A stretch of 64,000 nt of DNA, taken from Thalia democratica. Its lineage: Eukaryota. Position numbers and translations under genes: made by a program. The notes under the pieces are model-generated. The model was not told the origin of the DNA, searched no databases, and saw only the letters and a program-made list of their open reading frames with translations. The DNA lies in assembly GCA_965202585.1 (NCBI GenBank), contig OZ241829.1, positions 29,760,001 to 29,824,000 on the forward strand, given 5' to 3'. Below are positions 56,301 to 64,000 of the stretch, one piece after another (position 1 is the stretch's first letter; the number at the start of each line of letters is the position of its first letter).

Positions 56301-57798
56301 ACTCTTAAAATAATTTGAAAAATTGATAATTAAAGAAAAAGTCCGTTGTACATCACAAAATTAAGTACATGAGAATCACTAAAATATCTTGTTTGTAATG
56401 GTTTAGGATTATGTATAAAAAAAAAACAGTTTCTAACAAGTAAAAAAAATACCCCGAAAGTTTGAAAAAGTAAAAATAATGACTTAAAATATACTTTAGC
56501 AAAAAATTTAACTATTATTAAATAAAACAAATTTTTTCAATTTTAATAGTTTATTAAAAGGAAGAGTAAAAAAGCATTAGCTTTTTATTTACTTATTTTT
56601 ATTAATTGTTGTTTTTCTTTTGTTTTCTTTTGTTTTCTCTCACTATTACCCCTTATCCTTGATCGGGAACTTTTTTTCTTCATATTAGTTATTTTTTAAC
56701 TACCACTGTTACCCCTAGCCCTACTCTTGGTCGTTTTTTTCATCTTTTTATTGTTTTTTTTACCTTGTTACCCATAACCCTTACTTTTCTTTGTTTTTTT
56801 TGTTTGTTTTGTTTTTATTTATAGTTTATTAACTTGATCAAGTAAAATATATGACCCCAGTAAAATTTGGATCAAGTTAAAAAAATAATCCCGGGGTAAT
56901 TTTTTTATTTGATCCCAGGTTCAATAACAAGTTTCGAAAAAAAGAAATTTAAACAAAGAAAAATTGAAATAAAATCAGATGAAAGCATATCGTGAAAAAT
57001 TTCTGGGTCTTCTAGTAGTTAAAAAAATGTGCATCAATTTTTTTTCCAACTCTTGGCTGTTTTTAAAATCTTTAGTTGGAACTCTGAAGGTACTGTTAGA
57101 TAAGGTTATTTATCTAATTTATTTTATTTAATTTTTTTTAATTTTTTTTTTAGGTTTCATTTAATTATTTCTGATCTTTTAACTATTTTCTGCTGCTATT
57201 AGTAAACTTTCTAATAGCCAAATTTTCCACAAAGTTTAATTAAATAGTTAAATTACTTTGTGTTGAATCCTAATATCATTCTGTTGTTTACTGCTTTATG
57301 AAAAAGGAAACAGTCTTTAAAGCAAACTTGCACTGTACATACTACTATATATTTAGTCTTTTAGACAAGAAAAACAGTGGTTTTAACTACATTAAAAATT
57401 AAAAAAACTATTTTAAAGGATTGAGAGTTTAACCAAATAGAGCATAGAAATGTAAAATAAAAAGGGCTGCTTTGTAAAAAACTATTTCTTATTTTTTAAT
57501 CTTTTGTGCCTAGTTTATCATTTGTTGAATAATTTAATATACTAAAGAATAAAAAGGTATAGTACTATATATTAAGCATACAAAAGTAATAATTACTTCA
57601 TGAATTTCTCAAACAACACTTTGTCTGTGACGTCACACAGGAATGGACGACGAGAGCAGCCGACTGATCAGGAAAATCATGGACGAGCAGAGGTTGGAGG
57701 AAATGTGTGGATCCGATGTTTCTCCTCCAGTCAGCAGCTCATCCGAAACTTCTTCTATTGTGACGTCATCATCGGATGAAGATGATGATGATTATTAG
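47327..57798 (+). CDS. ZFYVE19: Abscission/NoCut checkpoint regulator-like FYVE-type zinc finger protein (ZFYVE19/ANCHR-like), 6 exons
   Basis: Exons 47327-47389, 50004-50155, 51566-~51684/51690, 53633-53784, 55666-55843, 57641-57798. Translation: HCYFCRTKFGFFKKQYECSLCSYAACVQC...LVCRNCY (atypical FYVE as in ANCHR), PPANF, repeated xEELQxRLxxLK helices, DLLNDVIKEV, acidic tail. The exon 3 donor is ambiguous. Confidence 0.75.
47692..48148. mobile_element. MITE with 12-bp TIRs CAGGGTTGCCAC...GTGGCAACCCTG and internal (A)CTCAGGGAA repeats
   Basis: Perfect terminal inverted repeats; about 10 internal ctcaggga(a)-type repeats; a near-identical 3' part recurs at 52417-52511. Confidence 0.85.
48156..48660. 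mobile_element. Foldback-type element with long (~185 bp) imperfect inverted arms
   Basis: Nested inverted blocks: aaataccacaaaa..ccctgtgcaaaa / ttttgcacagggttttgtggtattt; aaactgtatgggacccaaaaa / tttttgggtcccatacagttt; caaaaacacattgtgcacaat / attgtgcacaatgtgtttttg; spacer about 140 bp. Confidence 0.75.
52417..52511. mobile_element. 3'-terminal fragment of the same CAGGGTTGCCAC MITE
   Basis: actcagggaagtttaaggttactcag(g/t)gaagtttctggtcactcagggaagattttttgactcaaagagtggcaaccctg is nearly identical to the 3' end of the 47692-48148 copy. Confidence 0.85.
52598..52899. mobile_element. Related MITE (CAGGGTTGCCAC...GTGGTAACCCTG), different internal sequence
   Basis: TIRs match at 11/12 positions; both flanks read TATATT (candidate 6-bp target-site duplication). 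Confidence 0.75.
53969..54637. mobile_element. Non-autonomous TIR element (possibly Kolobok-like), imperfect TIRs
   Basis: Left end ttaa|GGCAAAGGACGGTCCA; right end reverse-complements to GGCATAGGGGGGTCCA. Internal inverted blocks (ctatcttctccttcattttt / aaaaatgaaggagaaaatag; ttttgagatat / atatctcaaaa). Confidence 0.6.
55264..55570. mobile_element. hAT-like MITE remnant
   Basis: Starts CAGGGGTCCGCAAAC...GGCCC, the typical hAT/Charlie-type end, with internal tgtggcccttaa and tgcggccagc; 3' end is decayed. A similar ggc(t/c)ca(c/t)gaaaaataaaa motif occurs near 27014-27032. Confidence 0.45.
56635..56790. repeat. Inverted, degenerate relative of the 1790-2245 core (three cactgttacccctaaccctt-like motifs)
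   Basis: cactgttacccctagccctactcttggtcg resembles the reverse complement of 2077-2111 (cactgtacccctaacccttaccctcggtcgg). Confidence 0.55.
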
Positions 57799-60700
57799 TG
57801 GTGAGAAATTACTTTTTTAATCTCTTTTAACTGTCTTTTTTTTTCACTACAATTGGTTGCTCTTGCTTAATTTATGCAACAGTCTTCTATTATTTAAGAT
57901 GTTAAATTGCATTTCTCAATTTGTATTTTTTTATAAAAAAAGTTAAAATGGAAGAAAAAAACATAAAGCTGTTTTAGACTAAAATTACAATTTTGTTGTT
58001 TATGTATTTTTATTTTCAGATTTGTTTTTATGTTTTCACATTTTTGCACTTATAAGCAACTTTAAATTTAGCTAGAAAATAGTTTGTAATTAATATTTTT
58101 TTCAATTTAAGGTTTTTCAATTTAATTTAATTTTAAGACACAATTGAATTTATAGTAACTTAAGCATTAAGTTTCAATTTTTTAGTTTGTTTCTATCAGC
58201 CTTAACCTAAGTCTTAAAATTTTTTAAATGAGCAATAAAGTAACGATGTGATTGATTTAATTAAACTGATGCGTTTTACTGCCTAATAATTTACAACAGT
58301 CTAATGAAATCGGTAAATATTGTACCATGCCTTTTTAAATATTATAATGGTTGTGTAGAACACAAGTATTATACAAACCATTCTATCTGTGTACTGTACA
58401 TAAAATATAGAAATGACAATATAGATTGTTCACAAAGTATTACTAATTTAATACTAGTTTAAAACGTTGCTATTTCATAGCATTAATGCTGCAATGTTGC
58501 TGTTGTTATCATTTTAAAGAAATATTAGATTATTTAAAAAGCTAACTACTTAACATAAGTCATAGTTAGTGTGTATTACAACAAGCGTTCATTTAATAAT
58601 TCGTATTGTCATTTCCATGTGATCTTTACACAAACAGATTAACTTTATACATTAGTTTATGTTATGCTTAACATTTTTATGAGTTTTTTTATTATAATAT
58701 TTTTTTATAGATATTTCTGAATATGAACACCCCATTAAGCAGTAAAACGCGTCAGTCAAATGAATTGTTTTAACTTATGAAATTTTTAATTGTTTTTAAA
58801 TTATGATGTTTTTTGTCTCTAAGTCCTTAGTTTTCAGGGGATATATAACTTATGTACTTTATAGTTTTTAACAAAAAGTTAATCAGAAGTTATAGAATTT
58901 TTTATAATAAATCAAGAAGCTAGACTACGACTAAAATTATGAAGATAAATCGTAAAAGATCTTAAACTAAAAAAAAAATACTTTTAAGTCCTTTTAAACA
59001 ATAGTGCAATACATAACAGTATAAAGTATTGTAATTCAGTTTATTTTAAAGCAATAACTTCCAGTTTACATTTAAAACAATGGATAATAGTTTGTATAAA
59101 TATATTAACGTATTTCCTTATTATTTTTTTATCAATACACAATTACTCTTTTGTTTGAAAATTCACTTTATTTTACAGCTTTTCTAGCTATTAATATTTT
59201 TTTTTATCTTTTGATAATACTGCTAATAGTATTTTGGTTTGTAGAAATACTTACTAGCTAGGTTGAGTTTTATACAAACCTACCAATAGTACTTTGCTTA
59301 AAAAAAATTGTGTTCTTAAACTAATATAAACTCAATTTTGCAAACAATCCAGTTTTGGGCAATAAATCTTGCATGTGTTAATGATATACTTTGTAAGATT
59401 TTTATGTCTTATTTTATGTAATAATTAAATGGGCAGACAAATATTTTTAGCAACTGACAGCAAAGCTCAGCAACTTTTACTATTAGACTGCATGGCACGC
59501 CCATCAGCAGCAGTTTCCATTCTCCAACTTAGTTTCGTTTTAAATTTTGTTTTTGGGAAAACTGATCAGGCAGACACAGTTAAGGGAACAAATATTCAGG
59601 TTCTAAAGTGTATGGCTATATAACCGTGCTCAAAAATGCATGCTTCAGAAGAAATATCAGGTTTAACGGCTCTCTGTTACCACACTGTTCTGCCTTTTTT
59701 GAAAAGCCAATCAAAATAGAGAAAAGCAAAACTCTTCTGATGCTCACTCCTATCAAGCTTTAAAATGTAAAGACAGACAGTAAAATTGCGCAGCTTTTTA
59801 CTTGTTTGCCCTTAAACTCGCATATCTTCATTAAAGTCATTTCTAGCCAACCTCCTCGAACGCAAGGCGTCTCGAATGATGTTTTGTTAAACTTATTTTT
59901 TCTTGATAATTCAGCACAACAATTTAAATTCAGTAATACTTGCACTCCAGTTTTATTGCTTCACACGAAGAGCTGTCGACCAGTAAACTGCCTGTCTAAT
60001 TTACAATGTCTGGTCTCAAAATTAACTTTTTAAAGAAGCTGTTGCGTACAAAAAACCCGTCGCCAAAAGCAGAAAACAACTTGTCCGGAACTTTTTTCAA
60101 GTTGGTGTTTTTTATTCTTTATTTAATGTCTTTCTTTCAGCTATTGTTTTGACATAGTTGAGAGCCACCTTTGTTTGTATAGTCTGGTGGGTTAAACTGG
60201 TTTATTTAAAGCATTTTAGTGTTAAGATTTGACCCAGAAGATGACACGCTACTAAACAGGGTGTTTTTGAAAAACAACGTTGTAGCAAGCTCTTCAATAA
60301 ACATATTTGGATTAATTTATAATTTAATCATTAATATATAACACCAAACTGTCTGTCTTAGTTCAGAACTTTACGCAATCGTCACTGAAAAGAAAAAAAT
60401 TTAAGTGTTTGTTGAAATTTATGTTTGTTGAGAGGTAAACATAAAAATACTCACTAAGTTTTAGAATCTAACATAAGTTATAGTTGACAAGTTGTTTACC
60501 TTTTTCTTATTACTGTAAAAAGGTAATTTGCTATATTTGCTCAATTTTTTTTTTATAAAGTGAGTTGCGCATAAAATTAATTTTCTGTAAAGTTAACTTT
60601 TAATTGTGTCAAACAGTGCTCATGCACATTTTTTTTTGTTAAATTTAAAGTCGATGCAAACATCATAAAATAAATACGAACTTTTTTAAACGTATTTTTT

Positions 60701-62699
60701 GTAAAAGTTAGGTCATATCATTAAACATAATATTTATGTTGGTTGCTTTATTTAATGTGTAACTGTGTGTCGTATTTTAAAAGTATCAATTACTTTTTAA
60801 ATTTTTTTTATTTTTAATACTTTAAGTATCTCTATGTATAATATTTTCGTTTGGTTTATAGCTATATTTTAAGCTTAACAGTTTTATTTGATAACGTTTT
60901 TTTAGCAGTTTAATTTTATTAAAAGTTGAAGAAAAATTAAATGAATACACTGTATTTAGACCAAAAATAGTTTCTATAAACAAACAATTTTTTTTTGTTG
61001 TAAATTTAAAGATTTGTTTTAAAAGGCTGTCTACTAGTTTCTTCGGCATTTTTTCATTTCTTACGTCTTTATGTATTTTAGTTAATTTATGATTTTTTCA
61101 ATATGATTAAATGCTTGCAAAAAATTATCTATTATTACTATAAAAAAGATTAAATAAGAAGTTTTAGTTAAACTTATAGCCTTTAAAGAGACCAAAATAT
61201 TTAAAATTTAACAATTTTAAACTTTTGAAACTTACACTAGATATTCTTGAGTTGCAGAAAAAAAAAAGTTGTCTTAGGTGTTTTAAATGGTAGTCTTGTT
61301 AGAGGGGGCAATAGCCTTTTTAATTTCTTCAATGGGAGCAATTAAAAAAAAAAAGGGAAACTCTGCTTTAGAGGCTCATTTACACACAGTGAAATTAGAA
61401 AGTTATTTTTACCTGATCTGTAAACTCAAAAGAATCGTGAATAAAACGACAAATAAAATTTAAGCAACTATGTAAGCCTGAAAACCGTTTATAATAAAAA
61501 TACGTTACAGTTAAGCTAATACGACAATTTATATTTAGATTTTTATGTGCTATCAACTTGTCAAGTAAAAGTTAGGTTTTTATTTAAATTTATAGCAGGC
61601 AACAGCATAATAAATATCTTTCCTTATGTTTTCAAAACCGTTTGAAGAAATTTCTCAAAAACAATTGGACACCCTTTGATACAATTCGCTGTTACTTTTT
61701 CGGCTAAATTGAGCAAACAAAGACGCTTGCAAAATTTATCTTTTCTAGCTGCGTCAATTTCATAACTTCAAAACTTTGATTTTTTTTTTCTATTCACTCT
61801 ATATAAACTACCTTGCCGACTGCTGTTTCACGCAATCATAATACCATCAAAGTAGTATAATAAACTATAAAAAATTGTCAAATTGCGGTTTTATTATGAT
61901 AATAAAATTTTAGTTTATATACTGACTTATAATTGATAAGAAAATTTTTTTTTTAAACAAATGTTTTAAGTAAGAAAAATAGATTGCTCGAAACGAATAT
62001 AATTAATTTTACTAAAAGCGTATAAGATTTATTTTTTTAATTGCATGCTTCAAATTAGTACAGACATTTTTTTAAACATTTATGTACTAAATTATAAGTT
62101 ATTAATTTGAATTATTAACTTTTTATCAATAATTCAAATTAAAGTATTTCAAAAAACCTTTATTGCACAGTTTGTACGCTACTTTTTTAGAATTTTCCAA
62201 TGGTAAAAAAGTATTTAAGAACGTCTAAAAAAGGGTATGCATAAGTTGACTTGCAAAGAGTTCTAAAATTGAATTTTTTGTTTAGTGTGTTTCCACGAGT
62301 GTTAACAGTGGTATAACGCAGTGCTTTTTACTATGCACAAATTCAGTAATATTAAATGAATATAATGTTTATATTAGCTTCAATTTCCACCAAGCATAAC
62401 TTTTAATTTTTGAATCAGTTTTATTAAAATTAATTTTCTAGAAAGCTAAAGATTCTAAAACTTACTGTTTTTGGCACACAGTTTGTTAAGTTTAAACTTT
62501 GTAAGTGTAACAAATCAAAAAAAATACAAAAATTTATGCAAAAAAAAAAAACATACGCTAAATATTTAACAACCCGTGAGATACTTTAAAGCAGCGTTCT
62601 TAAGATATGTTCTAATTTTAACATCCTATTTTCCTTTATTGATGCCGTAAAAACCACTTTACACTTGTTTTTATGTTAAACAGTATTTCTTCATCTAGT

Positions 62700-63800
62700 A
62701 AAACAGCTCTAACTTCATCTAAAGCAAAAACAACTGACGGTTTTTTTATCAGTACAAACTTGTTGGAAGAACTAGTAAAGCGTCATAAACGACAAACAGT
62801 TTGTCTGTTACAGCAACTAGACAGTGATCAAAAGTACTTTCTATCATACTTGGCATCTTTGACCATGTATCAGCTGTAGGGTCGTGTACTTCAGCATCAG
62901 TTGAACCAAAATTACCAAGAAGACCCGGACTAACCCATCTGAGACCACCAGGAATTACAGTCTTCATTAATGAATGTACAGACTGCATAAAATTTTGCTG
63001 TATTCATCCTCGAAGTAACTTTACTTTTTTGACTTCTCGTATCATGTTGTATACAAGAATCTAAGAGGCTAACTTCTTCAAAACCACAAATGACATATAT
63101 GCTGTTTGTTAACGTACATACACACAACTGTTCACGTTTGTTAAACGCATTTTCCCACGACTTAGAGTTACAAGAGTAATTTTTCATCGCAATGAAAATT
63201 CTACGATAACTCCACTGACCTATTACGACATAAATTTTACTTTTTGAAATTTTACTTCAGTTTCAAAAAGAGTTTATTTCGGATAAAATGTAAAACAGTC
63301 ACTGTACTACTTAGGTGCTTCCCGTCTGATAAAAGTTACCTGTATAATTTCTATACTTTTCCTCTTCCAAAATACTATATTAAACATTTTTTGACTACAA
63401 TATCTAGTAGTATAAGACGTCGTATCCTTTGTTAATAATTTTTCTTTGTTTAGCAAAACATTTTGTGTTATTTTTGTACATTCTGCATTATTGCAAACAG
63501 ATGAAGTTGTTTCACTCTAACGGTGTTGTCATGCAGATTCAGACAGAAAGTATTACTGTTAGTAATAGACTTTTTGCAAACTTGATTCTTTCTTAAGTGG
63601 CGTAGTTAATCCAGATATCTACTTCATTAATCACTTCTAGTTCCGAAGTAATATGAGTTAAGGTTAATCAAGTTTTTCCTAATTAGATTAAGATCAAATT
63701 CTTTGTAATTTTGAGTTTCCATTACAATGGTAAAACAGTGTTCTATGTAACACAAGCTAACTTCATTAAAATTTGTTATGATTTTATATTACAAGTTTTA
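62700..63800 (-). pseudogene. Degenerate intronless BACK-Kelch (Kelch-like) pseudogene
   Basis: BACK-like fragments YIEHCFTIVMETQNYKEFDL / HITSELEVINEVDIWINY* / ERIKFAKSLLLTV lie in different frames with stops. Kelch fragments NSIYVICGF...RMNTAKFYAVC and VIPGG...AEVHDPTADTWSKMPSMIESTFDHCLVAV are separated by a frameshift. Confidence 0.75.
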
Positions 63801-64000
63801 TGTTAAAGTTGACTACTTTTTATCTTTGTGTTCTCTTTAACGTAATTTAGAATGTTTATCTTTAAAGTCTCATTGAAGTGTGGTTTTCTAGTTATAAGAA
63901 TTTTAATCAAACAATTTTCTTCTGCCTTTTCGTTATCTAGAAAAGTATTTTATAAAATAATTAAAATAAAGGCTTCGTGAAAAAAAAAAATTACTATCTT

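Overview
Very AT-rich, intron-rich animal genomic DNA with GC-richer exons. The host is probably a marine invertebrate; a tunicate is a low-confidence guess from the splice-site style. I assembled four multi-exon genes by hand using splice sites and reading phase. (1) A >24.6 kb minus-strand gene (ATG 24931, running off the window start) encodes signal peptide + EGF domain + a bacterial-type heparin lyase I (polysaccharide lyase family 13) domain spread over 8 spliceosomal exons + at least 23 Sushi/CCP modules, about 1,980 aa within the window. This is the standout: an apparently horizontally acquired glycosaminoglycan lyase that has gained introns and been fused to animal extracellular modules. 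(2) A complete CYP4-clan cytochrome P450 (minus, 27989-33613, 503 aa). (3) A DRAM/TMEM150-family membrane protein (minus, 38588-40903, 255 aa). (4) A ZFYVE19/ANCHR-like FYVE protein (plus, 47327-57798) that appears to lack the C-terminal zinc finger. The window also holds a BACK-Kelch pseudogene, several MITE/foldback-type repeats, two likely GC-AG introns, unusually relaxed 5' splice sites and strong exon-to-exon GC mosaicism. No rRNA, tRNA or CRISPR array was seen. Family assignments rest on recalled reference sequences and motifs, not on database searches.
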